This document shows positions 22,667 to 36,557 of a stretch of 64,000 nt of DNA, in pieces. The notes under the pieces were generated by a model. The model searched no databases. It was not told where the DNA came from and saw only the letters and a program-made list of their open reading frames with translations. Where the stretch lies: NCBI GenBank assembly GCA_907165135.1, contig OU015567.1:4030001-4094000 (forward strand), read 5' to 3'. The DNA comes from Oikopleura dioica (lineage: Eukaryota; Animalia; Chordata). Position 1 is the first letter of the stretch, and each line of letters begins with the position of its first letter. Made by a program: the position numbers and the translations under genes.

Positions 22667-24166
22667 TTAGTAATCAAAATTTGACGGATAAAAGCACCAT
22701 GGTATTCCGTGTTCACCGTTGCTGCCCTCGTTGACTTTTTCCCAGCAGCAATTTGACTGGCGACATTCAGGTTCCCTAAAGAACTCTTTTTGTCAGACTG
22801 TCGGACTTTTAACTTACTTGATTCCATAATATCCGCAATCATTTTTCAAATCATTGTCAATAACGCATTCTTTTTCCGAAGGCTTTGGGCCTCTTATGCA
22901 AGGAGGATCGCCTTGGTAGTTAGGACACCATCTACAACCACGATCAACGCATTTCTGTTCCGGATCATTGCCGCTATAGTCGGTCAAACAATCAACTTTC
23001 AGCTCACTTGGGCAGTTGCATGATGTGCACATATTTTGGAAGTTTCCATAGATACAGGCGTGTTCCCCATCACGTGGACACCAGTGACAGCCAGATGACT
23101 TGCAACTTGTTTCATCGTATTTGTTGCATCTGACTCTATCAAGACAATCGCAGGTGTGACAATTTTGTCCAGGAATTTCCATCCCTTCTGTGTAATAGCA
23201 CCATGGTTTACCATCAGGCATTTGGCAGAAAGTACAGCCTTTCTTCAAGCATTCATTTTCATTGTTCCCTCCATAATCCTTCTCAAGACATTCAATCGCA
23301 GAACAGGAAGGATCACAGCCGTTGCAAGATGTTCTTGTTGTAGAAATTGTCGTTAAAATTGATGTCGTAGTGTGTCTTGTTGTACTCTTTGATGCAGTTG
23401 TTGTCGTAGTTGTTGTTGTGGTCGGCGGTGTTGTTGTGCTGGTCGTAGTTGTAGTTGTAGTCGTGCTCGTTGTGGTTACGGCTGAAGTCGTAGTTGTTGT
23501 CGTAGTTGTTGTTGTACTTGTTGTTGTACTTGTTGTTGTTCTCGATCTGGTTGTGCTCGTAGTAGATGCTGTTGTGGTTGTCAGGATTGTTGATGGCGTA
23601 GTTATAGCTGTCATCGTCTTTGGTACTATTGTTTCAGTTTTGATCGAAGTCGTTGGCTCACTGCTAGTTGTTATCAAAATTGTTGTTGGTAATAGCATCT
23701 CATTCGTAGTCGCTATTGGCGTTAAAGACCTTGTTGTCGCATCTCCCAACGTTGAAGCCGAGCCGAGCCGAGCCGTTGATGTCGGATTTATATCTGCGGT
23801 CGTAGTAGATAAAATCATCGTTGTAGAATGGGCTGTTGCAGATGTTGGCTCTTTAGGCGTCGTTTTCGCTGATGTTACACCGGTCGTTGTGAGTGCAGCT
23901 GTTGGCTTTGTCGAAGTTGTTGCCGATGTTGTCTCAGTTTTTTCCGTCTGTTTCTCAGTTTCTTCTCCCGAGCTGACTGTACTTAACGTTTGCTGTTGAC
24001 TCTCCGTGGAGGTTTGAAGCTGTTCTGATTCTATCGGCTCTGTTTTATCTTCAGGACTAAATTCTCTTCTCGCGAGGAAAACAGGATTCGAAAGATTCAA
24101 CGATATTCCAGCTAAAAGAACAGCGAAAAGGCCAATCTTCAGAAATCTTACTGTACGTTCTCTCAT
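22667..24166 (-). CDS. Type II membrane mucin with C-terminal trefoil (P-type) domains
   Basis: ORF 22814..24166 has an N-terminal TM, a long Thr-rich stalk and three divergent trefoil-like repeats. After a 42-nt intron (22776-22817) a canonical trefoil follows: NDCGYYGIK|EPECRQSNCCWE...IPWCFYP. Confidence 0.85.
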
Positions 24167-24782
24167 TTTTTAAAATGCTTAGTTCAAAAGTTCGGGAGAA
24201 CAGAGGCACGAATCGAGAACGATAGGAACTTGTTTGAGAACCTGATTTAACACGCTATCTTGATGGTTACTAAACAAAATCGGATTAGCGCAACACGATA
24301 AATACTTTCCATGTTATTCAACTACCTGTCTGAAAGAGGAAATAAATCTACGCAAGAAAGTTTCTTTGAAGTCCTAGGAAATGCCGTCTTTGATCCTGGA
24401 GAACTTTGGACAGTCTACTTTTCAATCATTATATAATGCGAAAAAAACTCTTTTAGGGTTTTTTCAGAGAAAAATTTTCATGACGTTCAAAAATTCGCTT
24501 ATACACATACTCGCAAGTCAGTACTTTATCTCTCCTCTGTGTTGAATTTTTCATCAAAGGGGCCGCAGCGATATGCTCAACGAAAAAAAAAGCGAATGAA
24601 AGGAGGCGTCGTAAGAGATTGCTTATCGCCATTTTCACAATAGTACCAAAGCCGTCCCTTATCAAAGCTCTTTGTGTAACTTTTTGCTTGGTACCACGAT
24701 CATGGTCTCTCTTTTTTTTGTTCATGTTTGACGCAGTTTAGAATGGCAGATTCTACTTTAGTTGGGAAAACTAAACGAAGAA

Positions 24783-24920
24783 CCTGTGTTGAAAACCTGA
24801 GTCAGGGTTCTGAAAAAGCTCTTTCAAAGCCTGACTCAGGGTTTCTTCATTGAAGCCAACCAACGAAGAAACAATGAAGAAAACCTGAGTCAGGCTTTTT
24901 TCGGGACCCTGACTCAGGTT
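24783..24920. repeat. Two adjacent short CCTGA(G/C)TCAGG elements
   Basis: Four CCTGASTCAGG palindromes at ~24797, 24830, 24884 and 24908. Confidence 0.7.
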
Positions 24921-27267
24921 TTCTTCATTAGTTCCTTAGTCCAGGGGCTGGAGATACCATTTTAGAATATCACTTCTTTTAAAATCTTTATCAAGGTGAC
25001 CACTAAACAAACTGAAACTCAAGAAGTTGCAGAATTTGAGGGATGCGATTCGAAACAGATAACGAGCGAGTTAATATCCGGTGATTTATGAAATGTGATG
25101 CAACTTGCTCAGCGAATCTTTCTCAGAACATTTTTCATAATTTTTTTCAAGACTTGGCGGAGCCGAGATTGTAGCTGATGATTTTAATCTTTATGAGAGG
25201 CTGAGATGAGATTTTGATGAAAAAAGAGAGGATGTGAAAGTTTTGGGTAGCATCATCTTTCCTAAGATTCTAGAGTTTTAGGCGAGGAGAAGGAGCTCTG
25301 AACTTTGCTTTCCAAGTTTGAGACAGAAAAACGCAAAGGTCAATTTTCCTGAAGGGAAATATTCATTATCTCGGTCGCGAAAATTTCAGCCGGATTCTCA
25401 GCAGGATCATGAAAAAAACGAGCATGTAAGAATGCGCCGCGATCTGGGCTACATGGCTCAGCGGCTGACTGAGCGAGTGCGGACGTGGCTGCCCAATTGA
25501 TCGACGATCAACCAGAATTCCAGCCTTATTTTTTTTCTACCAGAAAATTTAGGGCGCCCTTAGTACTTCGAATTGAATTGAACTCGAGTTTTTCAGAAAT
25601 GAATAAAGACCTTCAATTCGGGAAAAAAGCTCCAAATTTTTCTCGCTTCGAAAATTATGAAAAGCTGGATTCTCGTAATTACTACCGCTCATTTAATCCC
25701 ATCAGCTCCATATGCTCGAAACGCTCTTTCTCGTCACTCTTATGACGAGATATTCAAAAACAGTTCTTTCTGCAGATTTAAAATTTCAGTCCAAAAATCT
25801 TCGAATTTCAGTTTTCTAGCGCTCGATTGATCAATTTCTCGGCGTCAGTTTGTCGCCCCACCCTTCTAGTGCTCTCCCATGTGCTGTTTTTTCACGGGTG
25901 AGAATCTTCCCAACTGAGGAATTCTAGAGACTCGTGTGGCAAGCCGCTTATCAAGAACTTTTTACATGATGGACATCTTTTTTTCTCTTTTAGAAATCAA
26001 ACCCTAAAAAAATTTTTCTGATGAGAAACTTCAGTTTTTCTTCCCTCGAATTACGAGCTCTCCCCAGATAAATCAGTATCGGGCGAGTAGAAAAGCCGAA
26101 AAAGCGGCAAAATATCAGCTCCTCCCGGATTAACGCCTGCCTTCTGATATGGCTAAATGCGCTAGAAAAAGAAGAGCCGCCCAGATTTGAATCACGTTGC
26201 CATCAAAAAACGCTTTCGGGAATTTTTCCACCAACGTTTCTGAATTTAAAATCTGAGGATCGAAAAGAGATTTTTTTTCTAAAAGAAAAGTTGTTTCTAT
26301 TGCTGAAATATCTTGGGTAAACCCTTAATTCTCAAGAACCATTTAGAGGGTCCTAGAATGGCATTTCTCAAGAAATCCTGATTTTGAGGAAGAAAAAACA
26401 TAAGAATTCAATCAAATGCGCCTGAAATGCGGCTCAACCCAAATTCCATTTTTAGAATTAAAATTCTAGGGCGCCAATAGTAACTCTCGTAATTGAAGGC
26501 TAGAAATGAAGTTCGGATGCCTTGAATAGCTTGAAAAGTGGTGTTCTATGGCATGATGAAATATATATTTTTCTTTTTTATTTCTTTATCTGAGCAAAGT
26601 GTGGGGCGCAGAGTGTTGATCTTCCTGGGAAGAAGGGTTTTCCAATTTTCGGAAAATTGGCAGTCGGACGCTGGAGCGAGCCCCGATCAGCTCAATTCAA
26701 AACTTCTTCTGCCTGAACTGTTGAGCAAGTTTTCTCTCTCAGCCGCGGTTACGTCGGGTCATCTGAACATTCAGTGTTGTTGGTCCTCAAATTTACTTCA
26801 TGTATTGCCTTGTCCATTCTTACTAACGATTCCTTTTTTGGCTACAACTCATATTAAGATGAAAAGGAAACGAAGTTATCTTAGCCCAAGTTGATTTTCC
26901 TTGGTTTGCAATAATATGCTCCACCTGCTTTCGGCTGAGCCGACATGCAGCTCATGCGATTTTCATAAAATGTTTCAAACATGCAAATTTTGAAAATGCG
27001 CGTCCACGCTGTTCCAGTTCTTAGCGCGCGGCTTTTTGATCGCAAAAGAAGCGGTCCCAAATTGGAGTTTTCACGCCTGTCGGATAAACAAACTCCCCGA
27101 AAACAAAACATATTCAAGCGCGAGAAATGGGTCGCTAGGCACAAGGAAAATGTCAGTGCATAGTTTCAAGTCTATCATAACAAATTCTTGCGACATGAAG
27201 ACTTTTAATTTGAAGACCTGAAAATCTTCTGTAAATATTTCACTGATTTAAAGGTGCAAGTCCTAAG

Positions 27268-27510
27268 CTGGGCTCGGTAACATGTGTGGAAAACCTGATT
27301 CAGGTTCTGAAGAGCTAAAATGGAAAGCCGCGTAGCGGCTTTTTCAAAAACGAAGCCGCAAAGCGGCTTCGCCAGTATGTTAAAATATATAATAATGATT
27401 GTATTGCGAAGCCGCTTTGCCGCTTCGTTTTTGAAAAAGACGCTACGCGGCTTTCTATTTTAGCTCTTCAGAACCTGACTCAGGTTTTCCACAATGGTTG
27501 CCGAGCCCAG
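27268..27510. mobile_element. 243-bp foldback MITE (CCTGASTCAGG family) with probable 8-bp TSD
   Basis: Arms of about 100 bp are near-perfect inverted repeats (CTGGGCTCGG...CCGAGCCCAG). Flanks are GTCCTAAG (27260-27267) and GTCCTTAG (27511-27518), one mismatch. Confidence 0.8.
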
Positions 27511-28097
27511 GTCCTTAGTAAGGGCTATATTTGTTAAAAACAGATCTAGAATCATCGAACTGGCTTCTATTTCTCCTTATTTATGTTTCAGATAACCAAA
27601 AATGTACCCAGATACAAAGTTATCAGTTCTGCCGATGCTAGTAGCGTAAACTCTTCGATAAAAGAAATCGTTGCGCGAATCGATTTTCGGTAAAAAAGCT
27701 TTGTTTGTAGCAAAACCGGGCGGTACACTTGTTCGCCGCTGATTAGAATAACAGCAACTACCGAATGCTCTCTCGAATCTTCAGAAAAAAAGGAGAGCGA
27801 AAGAAGAAGTTTTGGAAATACCGAGGACATCAGATTTGCGGAAAGAAAAGACATGAAAATAACGCTTGGTTAGAACGTGCTGACCGCTTTCAATTGAGCC
27901 CCCGGAGAGGTCAGAACTTGAGGTTGGTAATTGAAAGCGCAAGAAATTGTAAAAACTTGAACTCGATCAAGAAAATCAAGAAAAGTTCAACACAATCAAA
28001 TTTATACTCAACTCAAATATCAAACTAACCGCTTGAGATTGCCCTAAAGTAGAATTTTTTCATGAGCATCTCTTGAATTTTGAGAATTTTGACGAAA

Positions 28098-29060
28098 ATG
28101 AGAATAAAAGAAACTTTCATATATCTTCTTCATTTGATTATTTCAAGCGAAGGAGCGGTTAAAGAGAACCGCTGTCCGTAAGTTTGAGATATTATCTAGT
28201 CCTAACCCTAACCCTTATCAAAATCTAGTGATGAGGACTTGCAAACAGAATGCAGTGGATTCTGCAGAGTTGATTATAATCGATGTCGTCTTCTTTGCGA
28301 AACGGAATACTGCCAGTCTATCTGCGACAGAGAATATCAAAGTAATTATTCTTTCCAAGAGTTTTTTATTTCATTCTCTTTTCTGAGATTGCCAAGACAA
28401 TTGTCCATGCGGAGCAAATTGTGAAGAAGGATGCAAAGACTGTAACCATCCTCTCTGCTCATCAACAACTACTGTTTCGACATGGACAACGACTTCACAA
28501 AATAGCGACCCAGTTATTTTCTCTTTAGTTAAAATTTAAGTAATTTGAAATAAGAGCAATGACTATGTCTTGGTAATTCCGACGTATTCGGCTCAATCAT
28601 ACATATTTTCCGGCGATGGAGAGGTAGCCAGGTCTGCTAGCATTGATGTTCCTCGTGATGATTATGCGGCACTGAGCGACTTCGCTGTCGTGCGAGGAGA
28701 ATTCTATATTTTTGGTGGGGACACTGATCATCACAAGGTGAAGAAAATAAACGGTCAAAGACCTTGATTTTGTCAAGAAATCGAATAGCAGAAGATTTTG
28801 ATAGAAATTTTAGATCGCGAAACTCGAAAACTGTCGATTTTATGAAATGCCAACTAGACTTTTCTACGGATACGATGTTGCTTCTGCTGCAATTGATATT
28901 GATGGCGGTCAGCGAGGTTTCAAATCATTTAAAAAAATCACTAACGAGTTGTAGCTCTTATCTGCTTTGACAATGACACTTTTTCTTTCAAAAACTGCGA
29001 AATATTTGACACAAAAACGTCGGTCAGTTTGACACAAAAACGTTGTCAGTTACAGTAAGC
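28098..29060 (+). pseudogene. Secreted Cys-rich + Kelch-like propeller gene, apparently truncated
   Basis: MRIKETFIYLLHLIISSEGA signal; CSGFCRVDYNRCRLLCETEYCQSIC...CPCGANCEEGCKDCNHPLC; GEFYIFGGDTDHHK (Kelch GG). A local duplication TTTGACACAAAAACGT x2 near 29006-29042 is followed by a stop. Further exons may have been missed. Confidence 0.5.
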
Positions 29061-29330
29061 CAAGCGACGAATTTTCCCGGCTCCTGGTTTTCATCAACAA
29101 TCGCGACTAAATAAAGTTAATTTGAAATGTATATTTTTGGATATAAAAAAGGAGACGTACAAAGTTCTAGAAAAATGAGTCGAAAAACTACGTCAGTAAT
29201 TATTTCGCGTGAAAATAGCCTGGCTGACTATCTAACACCCGATGACTCGAGAGGTCAGCGAATATTATTTTTCCAAAAACATGATCCTCAATTTTCACAC
29301 TAATCATCCTAATTTTTCGTCAATTCTTAT

Positions 29331-32300
29331 ACCTGTTGGGTCGGAAAGAGAAGGAAACACGGGGGTCAGCGTGATAGCTGGAGCATTGTCATTTTTGTCG
29401 AGGACGGTTAGGTGAAGCGAGGTTTCGGACGAGCGCGGCGGGAGACCGTTATCAGTGGCAGTGATTTTCAAGGTGATGCTGAAAATGAAGGGTTAGAAAA
29501 ATGAGATTTTTTATTTGAGAACTGAAAATGAGGTAGTAGGGGGTTATCATTCGGGCTGCCCCTAAGCCTAAACCTAACCCAGGGGGCTACGCCCCCCGGG
29601 ACCCCCCACCTAATGCCTAAACCAGGGGGCTTCGCCCCCGGACCCCCTTTAGAGTTCCCAGTCCCTAACCCTAACCATTAGCTCAGATTCTAGAGATATT
29701 GGTTGGCTCGAATCATAGGCCCGAATGATAACCCCTCTCTTCGGAAAATGATGCCCCTAAAAGATGGAATGAATAAATTCCAAAGAGGCACGTGATCTAA
29801 ATTGTAAAATATCTAAGCGGCATTTTTGATCAAGTGGACAAATGTAAAACCTATGTTATTCCGTGATTATATGCGCCATGTGCGCCCGCTTGAGAAAAAT
29901 AAATTGCTCGTTATGCACCCTACAACAGCAGGTTAAGCTGTTTCTAGAGCTGCTTTGGAAGACAATATTGATTACAAGAAGCCTTAAAAATAAGGCTAGG
30001 GGAGTTTTCTTTTGTGCCAATCAGAGGCCCGTATTCTTTACTCCAGCCAATCAGAAACAAGCAAAATCTAGGGGCCTCCACTGTCCGAGCCCCTGAGTTT
30101 TGGGGTCAAAAATCTGCAGTTTCATAATAAGATTTCATTTTTTAGGTCTTCTAAAATTGACAATTTAGTTAAATTTGTAAGAGCAAGAATAGGTGTCCCT
30201 AAGTTTTGATAGCTCGACTGGCTGAGCGCGGAATCTCCCCTCAGTCGCGCTGTCCCAATCCGCCATTTGGCTAAAGGGATGAGCTGGTGAACTCAGGTGC
30301 GATTTGTTATAGAAAATGCTCTTCCGCAGATTCAACCCATTTTAGAATCATTTTCTTACCTTGAAAAGTCGTGTCGATGAATTGTCTTTTTGACCAATAA
30401 TCGACCGGTGAGCGAGTCGAGTTCAAAAAGTCTCTTGGCTTCGGTCGGATCGGAGGAGACGATGCGGTATTTTAGGTCGGAATTGACGCCGACATCGGCG
30501 TCGTAAGCTTCGAATTTGAAGATTTCGGATCCGATTGGGAGGTTTTCTTGAATATCCAGGTTTTTGACTCCCTCAGGAAACTGAAAAAAAGGAGTTTGAA
30601 AGGGATGAAAATTGCCTGAAATTTCAACAAGCAACATATCATGATACAGTTAATTGTCCGATAATTATGTAAGAAGAAAAAGAAGGTCGGTTAAAGATTT
30701 TTTCTTATCAACTAACTGAAGCCTAAAAATTTCCAGATCAAAGGCAAGATAGCGGCGGGGCGATCATATGGCCTCTTACGGAAAAGATTTGGTTCTAATG
30801 ACTGCTCATAAGTGCCTCGACTTTGATGGGCTATAATAAGGAGTGGACCCTTATTATGGCATTAAGGGTAGCTCCAGTTAAAAACAAACAGTCATTTTTC
30901 TTTGAATTCTTCTGTGTGAAATGTGAAGATTTGTTCAAAAGTTATGTTTACAAGCTGTTGGAAATATAGTTTTACAGAGGAAAAGGGACACCCTTAATTT
31001 GCGGCGAAAAAAGTAGTTTTGAAGTGCTTACCTTTGGTGTGTTGTCATTTGAATCGAGGATATTGATTTCCACTTGGAGGGAATCGCGTTTGCCACCTGG
31101 GTCGGAGACTTCGAGCCGCGCTAGAATTTCGTATTTAGAAAAGTGTTTACGCAGCCTTATCATTTTCTTCGCAAAAAATGGAGAAAATATAACATACCCC
31201 TGCCCACGGACATTCTGTAGTCGACTTTAATTAATGTTTTCAACGATGATTTTAGCATAAAATTCAAGAAGAAATACAGCTATTTTATGGTTTCCAATAA
31301 ATTTAACCCATCGAGTCAAATTTTCAAATTCAGACAAAGTCCCGTAGAGTCGGATTTGTTTTAATGAAACGTTGAAATAAAAGAGTCAAAAAAGTTACTG
31401 TATTGAGAATTTGGTGCATCAGAAAGAAAATTGAAAATTCGTTAGGGAAGGTGGCCTCTAATTTAGCTCGCTCCAGAGCCATGGAACGCTCAAGCAACAA
31501 CCTATTATTATCCTCGGTGCGATGTGTTTCTAACCCAGCGGCGCCGTTTCCGCCGCACTACTACGGAGCGTTCCTTTTCCGCCAGTCGGTTAAGGGGGTT
31601 GCATCAAGCTCTTACCTTTGAGAAAGCTGGTCGATTCCCGATCGAGTTGCTGAGTTGGCACTAGAAAGAGACGTTCGCCTTCGATTTCGACTCGGAAAAG
31701 GTCATCGGGGGTCAATTTGTATTTGAGCTTCTCTTGGTCCAGAAAATCACCGTCCGTCGCCGCCAAATCAGAGATTTCAAATCGCGCGCCAACTGGATAC
31801 GACTCGGGAACGGAGATTTGAGCCAAAGTGCGAGGAAATACTGGAGCAAAGTCGTTTCGATTCTTGATCTCCAAAGAAAATTGGATCGTTTCGTAAGTAT
31901 TTTGAGGAAGCACAGCGATCTGAATACAGAGAGTTAAAAAAGGATGAACATGATCAAAAATTTCCACAGAGGGGGAGGAGAATTCTAGCGCTGCTTTCTT
32001 GATAAAAATTGTTATCAAGAACACAAAAACTGCGGCAAGCAAGCCTCAAATCTGTGTTAGAGGTTTATTCACGTTCCATAACTTTTTCTAGAAAATGGAA
32101 ATTGATAACGATCAATCCAAGAAAATGGCAATTTGACCGAATGGGTTAATACAAAAATATAAATTCTGTTTTTTTTCGAATTTTGCCTACTCATGATCAG
32201 GAGGATCTGAGTAAAAACCTGACTCAGGCTTTTTTGGGATTATCAGAGCCTGACTCTGGATTTAACAGAGGTTCCTGAGCCCATTTTTGACCTCAAAAAG

Positions 32301-33022
32301 GCAAATTTTGCGCGTATAGGTTAATTCAACATGAGGAGAAAATAATCTGATAAGAAAGAAAAGGGACATTCTTGACGTGATTGATAAGAAAAAAATTGGC
32401 ATAAAGCTTATTCGATGCATCCGGCGCGCGCTTCTGGTACATCGCTTTTGCGGTTTCCGATCGCCTCATAATTGCCACTTTGATTCGGATAAAATGCATG
32501 GCAACTTGCAGATGCGGGGCAATGTTGCACAACAGTAACAGCTTTGAGACAGTAACATTACCTTTGAGAGAACTTTGCAAGGAGCAAAGTCGCAGAGTTC
32601 TTCGAAGTCGAGATTTTTCGTCAGAGCAATTTCGCCCGATTGAGTCACTTCAAAAAGATCACCATCTTGTGACTGAATTGAAAATTGGCGCGGAGCACCA
32701 GACCAGCGGAAAGCGTCTGTCAGACTGAAGAGGATTGTTCCCTTTTGCAGACCTTCTTCTGTTGACGCCTTAAAAATTTGATGAAAAAAAGTTGACTTCA
32801 AACGGTCAATCGGGCATTTGAAGCCGCGCGCGGCTTTCGAGCTGATAAAAATCAAGCTGGGTCGACTCGAAAGCCGCGCCCGGCTTTTTGGTATTAAAGG
32901 TCTCCCCTAGAATTGAGGGGGTAGCTTACCTTTATCCACTTTCCAGCGCCATCTTCTCCCTTCTCCAGGTCAATTTTCGTCTTTGCCGAGATCCAGGGCA
33001 GTAACCAAAGCCACAGCCACAT
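29331..33022 (-). CDS. Protocadherin-like cadherin-repeat protein (signal + at least 3 EC repeats; 3' end unresolved)
   Basis: MWLWLWLLPWISA signal; LDFEE, KNRNDFAPVF, VPESYPVG...ATDGD, LDRE, ILDSNDNTP, IQENLPIG...AYDADVGVN, TATDNGLPP...VLDKNDNAP. Confidence 0.85.
29561..29680. repeat. Duplicated GGGGGCT(A/T)CGCCCCC-GGACCCCC unit with telomere-like CCCTAA repeats, in protocadherin intron
   Basis: Two copies of the GC hairpin unit interleaved with CCTAAACC / CCCTAACCCTAACC. Confidence 0.6.
32210..32283. repeat. Short CCTGASTCAGG element in protocadherin intron
   Basis: AAAAACCTGACTCAGG...CCTGACTCTGG...GAGGTTCCTGAGCCC. Confidence 0.6.
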
Positions 33023-34036
33023 TTTCTGTGATGCTAAAATAACTTTTTAAACCTTGCTAAACAAACTTTTTCTCGAAAATCGAAAGTCGATTTTGATAAT
33101 TTTTATTTCGAGAGCCCGCTGAGAGTAGGTCGATTGGACTTGGAGTATCTTTTCGTTGATTCAAATTCAATTATCAAATTTGTGATTTTTTTCTATTGAA
33201 AAGCTCTTGTATAATTTTATCGATTTTGGAAGGTGTGATCGCTTGAAGAATCTCGTGCTCCGGAAATTCGAAAAATTGAATGTTGTGATTCGATTTTTCA
33301 ATCGATGATTTTTTCAATTTGTGATGTTCAAAAAATGTCTGAGTGATTTAAAAATCAGAGGAGGGTATTTATAGCGCAAACACGGGGAGTCATGGAAATT
33401 ATGATCTGATGCATTTTTTGAATTTTTTTTTTTGATAGCGATTTTTCAATAGAATAATTTTGACTGTAAGCACGGTATCTTAGGATAAGAAAATGCAGCT
33501 ATGGATCCAAGGTTTTTGTCGTGGTTTCTCGAATTCAGTGAGGACATACAAAATATCAGTTTGCATTTTTGGAGACAAATTTATGGTTTTTCATTTCGCA
33601 AATAATGTAAAAAAGCTCCAAAAGAATTGAGTTTCATTCTGTTCTCCGTAAAAAGGCGTATTTCTGAACATGTTGGCCAATGAAATTTTAGAAGATAATT
33701 ATTCCAAGGAGTGGCCTCGTTAGAAAGGAACGTATATCATTAAGGGCATGCATATCGATTACGTCACACAACAACTCTCGTGTTAGAAAAACGCGACTTC
33801 CAGAGACTTTTCGAGCAGTGATAAATCGAAGTGATAGATATGCGCCCAAAAATGTATGGTGCAAATATTTGCTCCTCCCAGTTGTTTCTAACTGGGGTGG
33901 CTGTAAAACACTTTCAGGGTTACGCAAATAACGCGACGACTTGCTGACATTCTCACCACTTTTTAAACTGTATGCAGAAGCTTCCTATTCTTATACAGTT
34001 TTTTCAATTTACACATTACTTGACCATAAACAGTGT

Positions 34037-34153
34037 CAACCAAAAATCGAGAAGCCGCTTGCGGCTTCGAGTGAATAAGAAAAAGAGCCGCGCTTCGCGC
34101 GGCTTAATTCTTTTTTACTCGAAGCCGCGAGCGGCTTCTCGATTTTTTTGGTT
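34037..34153. repeat. Hairpin element, copy of 11592-11711
   Basis: Same AAAAATCGAGAAGCCGCTTGCGGCTTCGAG arms and central GCCGCGCTTCGCGCGGCTT. Confidence 0.8.
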
Positions 34154-36557
34154 GTTAAAAAAAGACACTGTTTACGGTCCAGAAATGCTAGAATTGTGAC
34201 AATTCTGGCGTAGAGGGACTAAGACGGGTTAATCTGATAGAGTCACTGTGCATTTTTTTTACAAAGTCTTAGCCGAGAAAGAGATTACCGCGGGTAAACG
34301 TAACTCTGATCAGCTTTGACCCACAAGACCTTTATTCGATTCCGCTGATTTCCTTTAGAAGCGACATCTTCTATCCGCCGTAATTTCAATTCTCTTGAAT
34401 AAAAATTGAATTAACTACAGTAAGAGTTACAGTAGCAACATTCAATCAGTCAAAGTCCAACAAGTACGTTTTCATCTCAAGTGCACGCTTAACCGCTCCA
34501 TAATTCCCTCTCAATGCGAACTGGTGATAAGGCGCAGCGGGAGATGTTTTCTACTCGATTGATAAGAAAGACAAAGGTCTTTATCGCAGTTGTGCAAAGT
34601 ATGCGTTTTGGAGTAACGATGATGCGGCCTGGGAGTGTAATTAAAGTGGATTAATTAACTAACAAGGGGTTTTGCAACAAACTCTTGTTGATAAAAACCC
34701 TCTTTTTTGGGCCAAAATTGGTCTTTTTAGTCATTTTTTTGCATCCTAAAAATGACCAAATCGCTCCTGGAAGTCTTATATTCTCATCCGCTATCGAGTG
34801 TTTCCCTCAGATTTTCGCTTCTCATCAGTTTTAAATCTTATCAGCGGCTCCGGTGATGGTATTCCGTGACGCCTCCGGTTCCATAAAAATGGCCAACTCG
34901 ACCAAAACTATGTTCCAGCCCCGGGATTTAATACGTCACCTTGTGGGCGCCCGCATTCCAATCAAATTTGTACCTTAAAATCACCGATAAGCGCATTTTG
35001 TGGTGATAAGGCCAAACATAAAGAAATCAATCTTAACGGAAGTGAACCTTACCCAAGCGTGCTCAATGAAAACTCGGCAGGGGTTTATCAATCGGAAGGA
35101 GGAAAGAGGAGATAGAGAAGTGATGGATAAATACGCAATATTTTGAGAGAATCAGGTGATAAGAAGGAGTGAAATTTCGGTATTTTTTCAACGATAAGAT
35201 TAAAATATCGACGCTTGGGAAACTTATTGACGCGATACCCTTAACCCTAGTCGGCCTGAAACGGGAGAAAATCAAGTTTAAGATGTTTACCCCCTTAAAA
35301 TTAAAAATGTATTTCTAACACATTTTTAAAAGAGAAGTATTCAAGCCCAATCCGCATCATTACCATTTTCGCTTCCCGATAAGAAAAAACAGCTAAGAGG
35401 CTCGGTTTCTTGACTCACGTTTGTTTGCCATAACTCCAGGGTTATGTTTGACATGATTTTGTGCAAAATACAATTCGTGTGATTTCTCCCTCTTTCCAAA
35501 ATATTCTTAAAACGTGTCAAATCAACGGATAACCAAGGCTCAAGAAAATTGCAATTAGAGATTACAGGTGTAACTGTTGCATCTCTAAATTACCGAAAGA
35601 GCTGTTTACGCTGACCATAATTTTGCAGCTAAATGATGTCGCGAAAATATCATCGCGAAAATCGCCAAAATTCAAGAAAAAGTGAAAATCTTCCAAGGCG
35701 CCTGAGTCAAAAACCACAGCGTCATACTACACAGCTTTTGAATGTATAAATAAAAGGGCTCGTTAATAAAATTTAGACCTCAGCTAGTGTGGAAATTATC
35801 CCGGCCGCACTATGAAATTCAATTTATTCCGGAGAGTGGCCACAGTATGTAATTATTCTGACGAAAGTAAACTCCAAAATCCAGAATTTCAATAAAAATA
35901 CCGTTTTCAAAGGATCAAACGGTCTATTTAAGGAGGTGGGGAGCCTTATTGACAATTTCGAAGGAAAATTTTGATAAAATGAAATAAGGGTGTCACTTCC
36001 CTATTTCAGCTGAGTATTTTTTCTTTGGTTGAGCTTCTTGTTTGAAGCTTTTAGCGGTAGAATGTGTAAGATCTTCCACATTAGGGGCAAGAAAGATGAC
36101 GTTGTTCATTAGCAGATTTTCGGAATTTCGACTCAAAATCAGTGCCCCTCATTATCAAGTAAAACAAACTGTTCTTCATCCATTTCACAAGCAAGGGAAA
36201 GCCACGTCTGCATCACATAAGCTCCCTTCCCGCCAACTCCGGCTCACTGGCAGTGATAAGCCGTTATCGCTCGATAACTCGTTCATCGCTGCATTGATGC
36301 GCGTATGGTACCAGAAAAATCTGCCTCTAAATACCCGCATTCGTAATTCGCGACATTTCAAATTTGAAATGCGGAATTTGGAAATTTAAATTTCTAATCA
36401 ATCCACCTCGAAATCCGCAGCGAGCGAGTGCTTCATTTTCAGCAGACAGCGAGGATATTTATTTTTCAAAAATTTCGAAGATTAAGGGTCTACGCATTCA
36501 ATCAACCAATTTTTTGAATTTTTAAAGAAGCCTTCTCCTTTTTTCTCCGGAATTTGG

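Noticed and set aside
23322-23999. 225-aa poly-Val ORF
   Set aside because: Antisense of the Thr-rich mucin stalk.
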